Below are positions 16,578 through 27,005 of a DNA stretch of 64,000 bases, piece after piece. Source of the DNA: a virus; IMG/VR virus record IMGVR_UViG_3300031787_000005, one strand, 5' to 3'. A program made the position numbers and the translations under genes. Within the stretch, counting starts at the first letter, position 1, and each line of letters begins with the position of its first letter. The notes below the pieces were generated by a model. The model was not told the DNA's origin. It was given only the letters and a program-made list of their open reading frames with translations, and did not search any database.

Positions 16578-19571
16578 TTAAGTGACTCCTGACCCCTGTA
16601 CGACAAATGTATTTGTTCCTACACATAAAAGTCTAGCAACTGTTCTTTGAGCTAGAGTTCTATTTCCTGTAGTTGCAGTACCACTAAGATACATTGTAAC
16701 ACCTGCACCCTGAGATAATGTTTGAGATAATGCAGTGTTATTATAAATTAACACTTCATCACCAATAGAAAAGACACCCGATGGAACTGTAGCAATTCCT
16801 GCAGAAGTTGAGAACGAAATATGCTTACCAGCATCACTAGAAGCAAGAACATAACCAGTTAAAGAAGATTGAGCATTTTGAGGATAACTCCTTACATTTC
16901 CAATCGAATCACTAATTGTACCCGTTGATGTGATATTATCCTGAACGTCTAAGGTGCCTCCTGCAGAATCAAGAATAAGATTTCCAGAAGCAGTATCAAT
17001 TTCATTAACTGCCGTTGTACCGACTCGAATATTTTGATGATGTGATCCAGAGGCAAATGTAGAAACTCCAGTTGACTGATAAATTGCTCCACTAACTGTG
17101 AGTTTTGCATTTGTTAATGTTGTTGTTCCAACTCCAAGATTAAACTGACTATTACCAACTAACCAATATTCACAAGTATTAGAGGCATTAACACCAATTG
17201 CTAGTACTTTATTGCCAGGGAATGGTGGAGCAAAAAATCCGTTAGCAACACTTGTGCTAAGTCCAGCTGCAGTTGTTCCTGGGCGACCAGCAAATACATC
17301 ACCATTACTACCAGCAGTGTTTGTTCCTACACCAATAACAACGTTGTGAGAAACGTTTAGGTGTCCTTGAGCAGAAGCTCTTCCTGCTTTATATCCAAGA
17401 CAAAGATTATTGTCACCAGCAATATCAAATCCAGAACGATCTCCAAGGAAAGTATTGTATCTTGCACTTGCACTCAAACCAGAACCAACTCTAGTTCCGA
17501 TAAAGACGTTACTTGTTGCACCTAAACTTACATAGTTCCCAGTGATGTATCCTTGCTGAGGAGATCCAGCAGTTCTGTCATGAGTGCTATTTGAATCATA
17601 TTCAACACCAAGAACAACGTTTGGCCAAACAATATATCCTGCGGGTTGCCATAAACTATTTTGGTGGAAATATTCTGGTCTACGAGAACTTCTTTCTTGA
17701 ATAAATCCCCCACTTCCCAGATCAACATCATAAACAAGAGCTTCTCTTTCAGCTCTTGTTAATTGTGGAGCATAGAAAACTGCCCTTCTCGTTGCACTAT
17801 AATTAGCACATCTTAAGTCAACAGCACCAAAAGGAACATTGGTACCAACTCCAATGAATCCATTTACTTTTGGATTGGCACTATTTCCAACAAGAATAAC
17901 GTCCGCATTTACTGCAACAATATCCCTACCAAAAACTGATAATCCAGTTGCATCCACAAAACTATTATCTGGTCCTGGAATGGTATCCAGACTGATTGTA
18001 GCACCTATTGAAACTCTATCTCTGAATAATGCTGTGCCTCCACTTACAAAAGCAGCAGCTGCTGATGTCGTTGTTCCGATTCCAACATTAGCAAAATGAG
18101 CACTAATAGTCTTACCATCTAATCCAAGACCAGCTGCTGGAAGAGTTGTTCCTATTCCCAATATTGCATCATTGGTTAGATATAACCTATTAAGAGTGCT
18201 GATTCCAGTAGTAACGTTAATATTTGTTGGTATTGCAGGAGGATTTCCACCACCACCGAGAGTAAATCTTGAGGATCCAGATCCAAAGGTTAATGTTCCA
18301 GCGGCAATGAAATTACCAGCAACTGTTAGATCGGAAGTAATAGTTCCTGTACCAACAACATGCAAGTTAAAGCTTGGATTTGTAAGTCCGATTCCAAGTC
18401 TTCTATCAGATAATGCTGGTCCTGCTGTTAAGACTGCTGCAGCAGAATTATCTTGTCCATAAAGCCATTGGAATGATCCAGTTCCAATTCCTGGTTGACC
18501 AGCATGTAAAACTGAAATGAGAGAACCTGTTCCTCTGTTAATGATCTCAAGAGTTCCTCTTGTCGCACCATATCTTAAATATCCAGTGCTATTTCCAAGA
18601 CCCACTGAATTTCCTAATGAAATTCTTGATTCTCCACTTGGATTAACAACTTCAATCGTTGGATTAGCAGAAAGTCCGTTTTTAAAGATTTGAAGTTCTA
18701 CAGTTGGGAGTGCAGTTCCTACACCAATTCTTCCAGACTCTACAGCAGCAACGGCAGTTCCACCAACACCAACTCTGAAAATAGTTAGAATAGTAGCAAC
18801 TCCAACGGTTGCAAATGGACTATTTAAAGCAGTGGCAGTTACAATTCCAACATTAATACTTGGTTGTCCAGTCAATGCAAGCGCAGAATCTGCGGTAATA
18901 GAATTACCATTGATATTACCAAAGAAACTTCCATAGAAATTAGTTGCTGTAATGCTTCCAGCAATACTAATAGGTGAAGGTAATTTATCGTTAGGAAGAA
19001 CAGGTAAAACTGATGTGCTAATAACACCATTTGTAATATTTTGTCCTGTAAGTGCGGTAATTCCAGCACCACTACCAACAAAAGATGCAGCACTGACAAT
19101 GCCAGATGCTCTCATATCACCTACGGTATTAAATCCGACACCAAGTTGTCCAACAAATGGATTTCCACCGATTTGGAATGTGTTTCTCGGATCAAGTGTT
19201 GCAATACCAACAAATCCAGCAGCATAAATGCTGGTGAATCCTAAACCAACATCAACGTCAACCCACTGAGAAGTTGGTAAGTTGGACAATGTAGCGCCGT
19301 TTCCATAAAAAGAAGTAGCAGTAATTGATCCGCTACTTCCAACAACTCTAACTGTTGATCCAACTCTAAGAGTATTATTAATTGTTGCGATGCCACTTAC
19401 AAAAGCATCAGTGGCAGTCATTAATCCAACTACTCTGGCATTACCTCTTACGTCTAGACGTTCGGTTGGAACTGTGGTGCCAATTCCAACCAAAGTACCA
19501 CGTACTACGAGATCTTTATCATCGACCTGAACACCATCACGAAAATTAAAAGTCTTCCTGATATTCGCCAT
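16578..19571 (-). CDS. Tail fibre/baseplate-associated structural protein (997 aa)
   Basis: Repeated VGIGTT.P motifs, Gly/Thr-rich, late promoter ATAAATA upstream (about 19587..19593). Confidence 0.75.
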   Translation of the reverse strand: MANIRKTFNFRDGVQVDDKDLVVRGTLVGIGTTVPTERLDVRGNARVVGLMTATDAFVSGIATINNTLRVGSTVRVVGSSGSITATSFYGNGATLSNLPTSQWVDVDVGLGFTSIYAAGFVGIATLDPRNTFQIGGNPFVGQLGVGFNTVGDMRASGIVSAASFVGSGAGITALTGQNITNGVISTSVLPVLPNDKLPSPISIAGSITATNFYGSFFGNINGNSITADSALALTGQPSINVGIVTATALNSPFATVGVATILTIFRVGVGGTAVAAVESGRIGVGTALPTVELQIFKNGLSANPTIEVVNPSGESRISLGNSVGLGNSTGYLRYGATRGTLEIINRGTGSLISVLHAGQPGIGTGSFQWLYGQDNSAAAVLTAGPALSDRRLGIGLTNPSFNLHVVGTGTITSDLTVAGNFIAAGTLTFGSGSSRFTLGGGGNPPAIPTNINVTTGISTLNRLYLTNDAILGIGTTLPAAGLGLDGKTISAHFANVGIGTTTSAAAAFVSGGTALFRDRVSIGATISLDTIPGPDNSFVDATGLSVFGRDIVAVNADVILVGNSANPKVNGFIGVGTNVPFGAVDLRCANYSATRRAVFYAPQLTRAEREALVYDVDLGSGGFIQERSSRRPEYFHQNSLWQPAGYIVWPNVVLGVEYDSNSTHDRTAGSPQQGYITGNYVSLGATSNVFIGTRVGSGLSASARYNTFLGDRSGFDIAGDNNLCLGYKAGRASAQGHLNVSHNVVIGVGTNTAGSNGDVFAGRPGTTAAGLSTSVANGFFAPPFPGNKVLAIGVNASNTCEYWLVGNSQFNLGVGTTTLTNAKLTVSGAIYQSTGVSTFASGSHHQNIRVGTTAVNEIDTASGNLILDSAGGTLDVQDNITSTGTISDSIGNVRSYPQNAQSSLTGYVLASSDAGKHISFSTSAGIATVPSGVFSIGDEVLIYNNTALSQTLSQGAGVTMYLSGTATTGNRTLAQRTVARLLCVGTNTFVVQGSGVT

Positions 19572-19594
19572 CTTAAAATGTTTTTAGTTATTTA

Positions 19595-22500
19595 TCAATC
19601 TGATAACAAACCCCTTTCTCTGGCAATATTTTCCAGTGTTTCAACTTTATGTGTCAGTTCCTTAATTGATTCAATTAGAAGTGGAGTTATCTTATGATAA
19701 TCAACGGCGAGATATCCGTTATCTCTTTCTCTAACTGCTTCTGGGAGAACTTCTTGAACTTCTTGTGCGATAACACCAATGTCAAGTCCTTCTTTTTCAG
19801 ATTTTTCATTCCAGGTATAAGTATTACCACTTAGTGCATTAACTTTTTCAAGAGAATTAGGAATTGGAGTAATGTTATCTTTTAATCTCTTATCTGAAGC
19901 ATAGAATGCAGTGATGTCGCCTGTTACATCTAGTGGTCCAGTTACAAGTACACCTGCACCAGCAGCAGTATTTCTGCATCTCAATCTTTCATTTCCACTA
20001 TCAGTCTGGAAGATAATTGCAGAGTTGTCTATCTGACTGATAATTGCACCACCAGAAGACGAAGAAATATTCAGTCTGTTTGCATTCCCTCCAGTCTCAC
20101 TAATTCCAAGTGAACCTTCTACACGAACACTTGATTTAGCATTTAATTGTGCATCAAAAGTCGAAGTGCTAGTTACATTAAACGTACCACCAACAGAAAC
20201 GGCAGTTGCAACAAATAGTTTTTTCTTAATTGCAACACCACCACTAAAGATGACTGATGCAGTATCAGTTGCTAATACACCTGTTGCTTCAGTTGCATTT
20301 GTATACAGAGATAATCCTGTTACTTTATGAACACCATTGGTAGTTGTGTTGCTATTAAACTTCAGTTCTTTATTGAAGCTAACTGGACCATCAAATTGTG
20401 ATAGAACTGTGCCTGAAGAACCACCTTCAACGATAATTCTTTCTTTGGCAACAATTTCATCGAATACAACACTCAATCTAGAAGAATCTTGTCCTGCAGT
20501 TGTTGGAATTGGAATATCAAACGTCTTCTGAGTTCCAGATGAAGATGCATACTTAGTATTTCCTACGAAGAAGTCACCATTACCATTCATTCCAGTGTAG
20601 GCAACATTACCACAAGATCTTTCTTGTGCCTGTACCAGGAAGTCCTCTCTTTCACTTAGAGTTTTAACCTGAACCTGTGGTAGACCAGTTGAATAGTTAC
20701 CAGGACCATATCCAAGATATTCAAATGTGTGACCAGATGCACGAATAATCGAAGGTCTGCGAGTTTCAACCGCGATTGGATGAATCTTTCTGAGGAATTG
20801 ACCAGTAGAATGATTCTCTCTAGGAGTTCCTAAAGCACCACGAATTACGCTGATTTCATCAAGTCCAGATCCTGTTAGAGAACTGGATGTGATTCTCATA
20901 ATTTCGTTTCCAGATTGGATGTAAGATCCCATTGGGAATCTTGTAACCGTACCAATACCAGAACTCTTCGCTTTTACTCTAAGGATTGATTCTGTAGTAA
21001 TTCCTGCTTGTAGAACTAGGTCTTCACCAGAATAGAAAGATAATCCTCTTGTACCAAGATTCTCAAAGGAACTGTCAGATGTTGTATCACCTGCAACCAG
21101 AGCAGTATGATAGAGGAATGTTGGAGATACCGATGCATTTGTTATGGCAGTAAATGTATTGACCCCAACTCTTTCTCTAACATTATAATCACCAATAACA
21201 TTATTAGTAGATCCAACCAACCTAAATTTTTCTCCAGCAACTAATCCATGTGAGAATGCACAAGTAAATGTTGTGATTCCACTTGCAGAATCATATACAT
21301 TTGAAGATACGTTAACTGCTGGACCAACGTTAATTGCATATTGACCAGAAATAATTTTTGGATATGATGAAGTAATTGCAAAAGTAAGTTGATTCTTTGC
21401 AGGAACTGAACTGATTCTAACATATCCATCGGAAGTGGTACCAATACCAGTTACATGCAATACATCACCAATATTAGTGCTAATACCAGCTGTTGCAATT
21501 GTTATTCTTGCACCAGTTCCACCACCCAAAGCAGTGCTATCAAAATCTAATGTTTCTCCATTTGTATATTGAGAACCACCATTGGTAATTGTTGCGGCAG
21601 TAACAACACCAGATGCAACGGTAACTCTTGCAAGGGCACCATCCCAGTTTAGAGTTGTTGTATTATAGAGTTTTACATTATGATATGTTCCACTTTGAGT
21701 ATATCCAGATCCTGGTATTAAAGTACTATAGGTTGTAATCCCGCCATATCCATGATTTCTATCAAGAGTAATTGTTGCAACACCAGCAGTAGCAGTCGTA
21801 AAGAATGTTGTTACTCCAACAATTTTTAGTCCTACACCAAGATCTTTCAGAGTTTTATCAATACTTTCTCTTGTAATACTCTTAGAGATATCATTTGTAA
21901 CAACTTCGCCTAGAGGACTTCTCTTAGCATAACTTTGAGTTGATTGTGGATTGTCATCGATATTATCTTTATCATTCTGTGGATACAGATCAGTAATATT
22001 TTGATTGTACTTTAGGTCTGTGAATTCGGTTTCAACTGCATTCGATGCATTGAGAATATAAACGTGATAAATGCCATCCTGAATATCTTGAATGTATGGT
22101 TTAATAACTTCACTTCTATAGATGTAAAGATTTGACTTAAGATCATTTCTTTCAAATCTAGGTAATGCTGTTGTTCTCGAATTAATATTTGTATTAAATG
22201 TTCCGACACCATGTACAACTCCAAGAACATCAGTTGTTGTATATTGGAACTGCATGTCATCAACAAGTGCTGTGACTTCAAAAGTTCCATTAAATCCAAG
22301 ATTTAATGTTGCTTGTGGATTTGCTGTACTTGCAACATTTTTGATGTTTACAATATCACCAGCATTTAAATTGTGAGGTAAGTCACAAACAACTGTGATA
22401 GTATTAGAAGCAACAGTACAGGTTGTGATGAATCTTGGGTTTCTATTATATCCATAATCATCTTGTCCGATCGTCGTCAGAGAGAAGTCTGTATTTCTTC

Positions 22501-24973
22501 TCGCACCAGTATTGCTGGATTCTTGGATAACATATCCATCTGTTGGATCCTTAGCATTAACAGATTCTTTAGGAATGACAAGACGGACCTTATAAAGTTT
22601 TTCATCAAGGCTTCTATCATCATCAATTCTCTTAATATATGTAATATCAGTTCTTTCAGTTAATCCAGCAACTCCTTGTGTATTGATCTCACTAAAAATT
22701 GTATTACTAGAAGAAGCATGGACAAACCAATTCTTTTGAATTGGGTCAAATTGAACTGGTGATCCAAGATCTCCACTATTCTTATCATTTACTCTACTTT
22801 CAATTCTAAGTTGCTTACCACCATAGATTGTTAAGGCAGTTCCATTATCAGCATTTGTTTTTGATGATGCGATTTTGATCTTTTCATCATCAACCTTAAT
22901 TGCATAATATAAAGTGTTTTCTACAATGTTCTGAGGAAGATCCCCATTGTCACTGAACATTCGAATTGATTCACCAGTTTGTAATTTATGTTGATTTTGA
23001 GGTGTTCCAATGGTTAAAACACTATTATTAATCTCCGATATAACTCTATAAATTTTCCTATTTGTAGTCTGACCAAAAGCAACTGTTGCACCAACAGCTA
23101 CTGTATTATCCATCATGCAAATTGTTGCATTTCTAATGACACCCAGACCAACATCTAGATAAAGTTGATCGTTTGTTTTTGCACCAACTCTATAACCTTG
23201 AAGAACAATAGGTGGTTTTGTATCAACGTCAGTGTATCCATAAAGATACAAGTGACTGGAAAGTCCAACGTTTTTAGTTAATGCAACGTCTAGGGATGTC
23301 CAGTCAACGTTGAATTCTGGATTTGCAATTGCCCTTGGTCTAATGACAGAGGTAATATATCCATGATTATCTTTGGCAAATGCCTCTTTCTTAAATCCTT
23401 CAGCAGAAAGAGAAATTTGTCCAAAGTTAGAGTTAGAGTTGGTGATTGAACCATCACCACCAGATAAAGAATCAAAATGCTTATTGAATCCAATCGCAAA
23501 CACAGATACAATCTGAACGAATGAATCGTTCGACATCTTAATGTGACTAGTTTCCCAACCTGGTCTGTAAATAGAATCAGAATCTAGGTGATAAACTGTT
23601 GCTGGGTTCGTTGATGATGAACCAGATGAAAGTTCTGCGCCTTTTACTGGGGTAATAGTTAGAGATTCATAAAGTCTCGATGTGGAATTATATCTTGCGA
23701 ATGCTCTATCGTCTTTTTGAAGTGAAATAGCAGTGAACTGGGCAACAACCATTGAGCGGAATCCAGCTGCTTTGGATCCGTCAGCGTGCATACCCTGCAT
23801 ACCCCAAACAGATCTTAGGGATACGTTAAAGACATATGGAGATGCACCAGATACAGTGTCAGTTTCAATTGTTACAGTTGAACCAGAAATAATAGGAGTT
23901 GCTGGTAGATTAACTCTTACGAATGGTAAGAGATATGTAAATGTTGTTTCGTTGAGTACCGATTGTACTTTCGTAGAAATATTATAATCAACTGGATCAA
24001 CACTATCAATCTTAATTGGCGTTCCAGATGTAAGATTATGGGGAACTGCTGTGCTAACAGTTACAATTGTACCAGGAGTAAATCCATCTCCAGAATACAA
24101 TTCAGAAATGTTAAGTGGATCAGATGCGAATGCGCCAACAATTTCATACTCTGGACGCTGCTTAGCAAATCCTAGTGACTCTGTTGGGTACTTCTGATCA
24201 ATATCTCTACCAGATGCAGCATTAAATGCATTTGATAGTTTACTATAATACATGTCAAGGTCGGTGAGATCATAACCAGAAGGAATGGTTACACCATCAG
24301 CATATTCAAAACAAGTTAGTTTATGGTGAGAAAAAGTTGGTTTTGATTGATTGTTTGCAGAGAAATCAACAGGATCGGTATAAACAAGTCCAGAATCATC
24401 TCCATCAAACATGGAGAATTGCCAGAAGTAACAAGCACCAGTAATTCTGAATAAAGCAGAAGACTTTACAGCAGGATCAGTTGGGTTAGGAACATATTTT
24501 GCACGAATCTTAGTCTTTCTTAGGTCAAGACCAACGATCGAAGTACCACGAGGAACGATAACTCCACCATAGATACTATTAAACCTATAAAGAATATTAT
24601 CTCTTTGAGTAAGGTCAAAGTTAGATGATAAATTGAGAGTTAATGTTTCTTGTGCTGATGTTTGTGCGCCAGAAGTGGAAACTGCAGTGGCAGTTCCATT
24701 CACATTCTTAATCGCAAAACCAGGTCTGTTATCGAGAACATGCTCACCTGGGAAAAGTAAGATAGTAGTTTTTTCTACAATATCATTGTTTCCACCTCTC
24801 ACATATGAGAATCTTGCCGATTCGAGAAGTGCTCTTTGAATTGTTTTAAATGGTTTGCTAAGAGAATTACCTTGGTTCTCTATAGCATCAGTAGCATCAA
24901 TGTCGTTGGGGTTGACATATAGTATTCTACCTTCTGTATTCTTAACGAAATTCTCTAGCTTATTGAGAGGCAT
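19595..24973 (-). CDS. Large virion structural/fibre protein with C-terminal S74 intramolecular chaperone (1792 aa)
   Basis: N-terminus ILYVNPND.DATD.IENQGNSL.KPFKTIQRAL typical of cyanomyovirus structural protein; C-terminal SDKRLKDNI...GVIAQEVQEVLPEAV...VDYHKI. Confidence 0.8.
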   Translation of the reverse strand: MPLNKLENFVKNTEGRILYVNPNDIDATDAIENQGNSLSKPFKTIQRALLESARFSYVRGGNNDIVEKTTILLFPGEHVLDNRPGFAIKNVNGTATAVSTSGAQTSAQETLTLNLSSNFDLTQRDNILYRFNSIYGGVIVPRGTSIVGLDLRKTKIRAKYVPNPTDPAVKSSALFRITGACYFWQFSMFDGDDSGLVYTDPVDFSANNQSKPTFSHHKLTCFEYADGVTIPSGYDLTDLDMYYSKLSNAFNAASGRDIDQKYPTESLGFAKQRPEYEIVGAFASDPLNISELYSGDGFTPGTIVTVSTAVPHNLTSGTPIKIDSVDPVDYNISTKVQSVLNETTFTYLLPFVRVNLPATPIISGSTVTIETDTVSGASPYVFNVSLRSVWGMQGMHADGSKAAGFRSMVVAQFTAISLQKDDRAFARYNSTSRLYESLTITPVKGAELSSGSSSTNPATVYHLDSDSIYRPGWETSHIKMSNDSFVQIVSVFAIGFNKHFDSLSGGDGSITNSNSNFGQISLSAEGFKKEAFAKDNHGYITSVIRPRAIANPEFNVDWTSLDVALTKNVGLSSHLYLYGYTDVDTKPPIVLQGYRVGAKTNDQLYLDVGLGVIRNATICMMDNTVAVGATVAFGQTTNRKIYRVISEINNSVLTIGTPQNQHKLQTGESIRMFSDNGDLPQNIVENTLYYAIKVDDEKIKIASSKTNADNGTALTIYGGKQLRIESRVNDKNSGDLGSPVQFDPIQKNWFVHASSSNTIFSEINTQGVAGLTERTDITYIKRIDDDRSLDEKLYKVRLVIPKESVNAKDPTDGYVIQESSNTGARRNTDFSLTTIGQDDYGYNRNPRFITTCTVASNTITVVCDLPHNLNAGDIVNIKNVASTANPQATLNLGFNGTFEVTALVDDMQFQYTTTDVLGVVHGVGTFNTNINSRTTALPRFERNDLKSNLYIYRSEVIKPYIQDIQDGIYHVYILNASNAVETEFTDLKYNQNITDLYPQNDKDNIDDNPQSTQSYAKRSPLGEVVTNDISKSITRESIDKTLKDLGVGLKIVGVTTFFTTATAGVATITLDRNHGYGGITTYSTLIPGSGYTQSGTYHNVKLYNTTTLNWDGALARVTVASGVVTAATITNGGSQYTNGETLDFDSTALGGGTGARITIATAGISTNIGDVLHVTGIGTTSDGYVRISSVPAKNQLTFAITSSYPKIISGQYAINVGPAVNVSSNVYDSASGITTFTCAFSHGLVAGEKFRLVGSTNNVIGDYNVRERVGVNTFTAITNASVSPTFLYHTALVAGDTTSDSSFENLGTRGLSFYSGEDLVLQAGITTESILRVKAKSSGIGTVTRFPMGSYIQSGNEIMRITSSSLTGSGLDEISVIRGALGTPRENHSTGQFLRKIHPIAVETRRPSIIRASGHTFEYLGYGPGNYSTGLPQVQVKTLSEREDFLVQAQERSCGNVAYTGMNGNGDFFVGNTKYASSSGTQKTFDIPIPTTAGQDSSRLSVVFDEIVAKERIIVEGGSSGTVLSQFDGPVSFNKELKFNSNTTTNGVHKVTGLSLYTNATEATGVLATDTASVIFSGGVAIKKKLFVATAVSVGGTFNVTSTSTFDAQLNAKSSVRVEGSLGISETGGNANRLNISSSSGGAIISQIDNSAIIFQTDSGNERLRCRNTAAGAGVLVTGPLDVTGDITAFYASDKRLKDNITPIPNSLEKVNALSGNTYTWNEKSEKEGLDIGVIAQEVQEVLPEAVRERDNGYLAVDYHKITPLLIESIKELTHKVETLENIARERGLLSD

Positions 24974-25006
24974 CTGCTTATTTTCAAAAATATTTCTATG
25001 TTTTAT

Positions 25007-25345
25007 TTATCCCATTAAATCTTCTTCATCATATTCAAATTCAATATCATCTGGCATATCTTCAGGGTTTTCTAACTCGACTGGAAAAAAACAAGGATGT
25101 ACTTCTTCGTCTATTAGATAGAAAGAATTTCGATATAAGTCCTCTGGTTCAAACGATCTATTCTTATCTGCTTCTCTACAAAGATCTTGGTCGTATAAGT
25201 GACCTTCTGGCATTTCATCAAACGTAAAAGGAACGTGATTGATGAAGTACATTTTCACAATCATGCTGCCATCATTGTACCAGCAGTATGCAGTATCGAT
25301 ACGATAAGACATAGGGATTTTCCCATATCTTATATTTATTTTCAA
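25007..25345 (-). CDS. Conserved cyanophage hypothetical protein (likely start 25312, MSYRIDTAY)
   Basis: ORF track; ATAAATA late motif at about 25333..25339. Confidence 0.7.
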   Translation of the reverse strand: MKINIRYGKIPMSYRIDTAYCWYNDGSMIVKMYFINHVPFTFDEMPEGHLYDQDLCREADKNRSFEPEDLYRNSFYLIDEEVHPCFFPVELENPEDMPDDIEFEYDEEDLMG

Positions 25346-25418
25346 TAGCGATGGTGGGATTCGAACCCACCCTTGAACGATTTTAAGTCGTTTGCCTCTT
25401 CCGCTGGGCTACATCGCC
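25346..25418 (-). tRNA. trnL: tRNA-Leu (UAA), short variable loop
   Basis: Cloverleaf GGCGATG/CATCGCT, anticodon arm AACGA-CTTAAAA-TCGTT, T arm GTGGG-TTCGAAT-CCCAC, A73. Confidence 0.9.
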
Positions 25419-25421
25419 AGG

Positions 25422-25494
25422 TGCTCCTTGAGGGGATCGAACCCACCTCACATCGATTATGAGTCGATTGCTTTCACCAGATAGCTAAAGGAGC
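25422..25494 (-). tRNA. tRNA-Met or tRNA-Ile2 (CAU)
   Basis: GCTCCTT/AAGGAGC acceptor, ATCGA-CTCATAA-TCGAT anticodon arm, TTCGATC T loop. Confidence 0.88.
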
Positions 25495-25496
25495 AA

Positions 25497-25569
25497 TAGG
25501 AGTGCTGGGAATTGAACCCAGACTACCCCGTTATAAGCAGGGCGCTCTGACCGATTAAGCTACACTCCC
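25497..25569 (-). tRNA. trnI: tRNA-Ile (UAU)
   Basis: GGGAGTG/CACTCCT acceptor, CCCTG-CTTATAA-CGGGG anticodon arm, CTGGG-TTCAATT-CCCAG T arm. Confidence 0.9.
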
Positions 25570-25743
25570 TCAGGGGGCTTCGTTGTTTAACTCAGTGTGT
25601 ATTCGTATCAGATCATCATCAGCGGGCATCATCACTGCTGCTTGCCCATCATCGTTGATGATACCTATGCGCTCCCCATTTTCAACTCGTTCCATTAGTT
25701 CATCGAACCTTTCTTGAAACTCTTCCACGGTAAAAACTTCCAT
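25570..25743 (-). CDS. Phd/YefM antitoxin-like protein (57 aa)
   Basis: Hand translation MEVFTVEEFQERFDELMERVENGERIGIINDDGQAAVMMP...; stop codon directly abuts tRNA-Ile; TAAATA upstream. Confidence 0.6.
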   Translation of the reverse strand: MEVFTVEEFQERFDELMERVENGERIGIINDDGQAAVMMPADDDLIRIHTELNNEAP

Positions 25744-25757
25744 TTTAGTTTTTGTAT

Positions 25758-25967
25758 TTAGTTGTTGTCCTGACCATAGATGGCAAGATCAGCATACTCA
25801 ATTTGTTCAGGTTGAAGTTGACTAGTTACAACATCTAGGACATTCATAAACTCCTGAACGGTCTCACACTCAACCAGACGCTCGCTGCCTTGATCGCTAA
25901 GAAGCAGAAAACTGCGAGTGCATACATCAATCACAATACCCTCTACGGTTTCTTGGGCGGTGCTCAT
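25758..25967 (-). CDS. Conserved cyanophage hypothetical protein
   Basis: ORF track 69 aa downstream of consensus promoter. Confidence 0.75.
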   Translation of the reverse strand: MSTAQETVEGIVIDVCTRSFLLLSDQGSERLVECETVQEFMNVLDVVTSQLQPEQIEYADLAIYGQDNN

Positions 25968-25992
25968 GTGGTGTTCCGTTGATTACCCCCAT

Positions 25993-26021
25993 ATTATAAG
26001 GGATTTTGAATCAGGTGTCAA
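25993..26021 (-). promoter_or_regulatory. Consensus sigma70 promoter for the tRNA unit
   Basis: TTGACA-N17-TATAAT. Confidence 0.85.
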
Positions 26022-26024
26022 GTC

Positions 26025-27005
26025 CTATGGGGACAGACTGGTGATAGCGGAAATGACGCTTGCTTTGGCAGTTGCCTGACCAGATATTTTTCTCTGATGA
26101 TTAGTAATACCCCAAGCTTGCAAATCTTTATTTGATTTTTCTTCTTTAACAATATTTAAATTAGATCGTAAAGTATCTCTTTGAGATCGTAAAGTTGTAA
26201 TCTCACTTTGCAATGCAGTAATTGAACTTGCAATAGCAACACATCTTGAAGCAGTAACACTTGTATTTGATGCATAGGGGGCAACTCCTGCACCAAAATA
26301 ATAACGATATGGAATAGCAGCTGAAATAGTTCTAGGATTATGATCTGATTGTGTTGCCGAAATATCTAATCTTGCGATTCCAACAGATGTTCCACCATTA
26401 TCATCTTTTGTATTAGCTCGTCCATATCCAGAATATGCAGACGTTAATTCTTGACTTACATCTGGATTGAATGGATTTACAGCATCATAATTTGGAGAAA
26501 GTCCTTCAATATTTGTGTAAATTGACAATAAATCTCGATCTTGCTTAAAGGTCGTTTGAGATGAATAATCTTGATTGAAATTAGGAGTTGAAAGAGTTGT
26601 TCCACCAGACGTTGTTACGCTGGCAGCAATACCTGGCCAACAATTTCCATTGGTTGCTTCTAGAGATAAAGTAACAATCTGTTGTTTAATAAAATTGATT
26701 CTAGCATTAAATGATAAGATCTTATCATCTACTGTTTTACAAAATTGACGGAATGTTTCTGGTTTTGATTTTGCCTCAGAAAAAGCATCCTGTTCTGGAT
26801 CAGTGCGAGAAATTGGTGGTGGTGCCTCATTTTGTTGAACAACCCATTCTCCACTAGCAGACTCTTGAGTTGCAGTCGTAGCAGTAATTGTTGATGGTAT
26901 TTCTACACTTGCATTATTTTTTTCTTGCTCACTCTTAGACTGAGAATATTGTGATTGTTCTTTTGTTAAGATATCAATAGTACTTTGTGCTGCACCGTCT
27001 GGCAT
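26025..27005 (-). CDS. Hypothetical baseplate-region protein
   Basis: 326 aa, C-terminal coiled coil, in structural operon. Confidence 0.7.
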   Translation of the reverse strand: MPDGAAQSTIDILTKEQSQYSQSKSEQEKNNASVEIPSTITATTATQESASGEWVVQQNEAPPPISRTDPEQDAFSEAKSKPETFRQFCKTVDDKILSFNARINFIKQQIVTLSLEATNGNCWPGIAASVTTSGGTTLSTPNFNQDYSSQTTFKQDRDLLSIYTNIEGLSPNYDAVNPFNPDVSQELTSAYSGYGRANTKDDNGGTSVGIARLDISATQSDHNPRTISAAIPYRYYFGAGVAPYASNTSVTASRCVAIASSITALQSEITTLRSQRDTLRSNLNIVKEEKSNKDLQAWGITNHQRKISGQATAKASVISAITSLSP

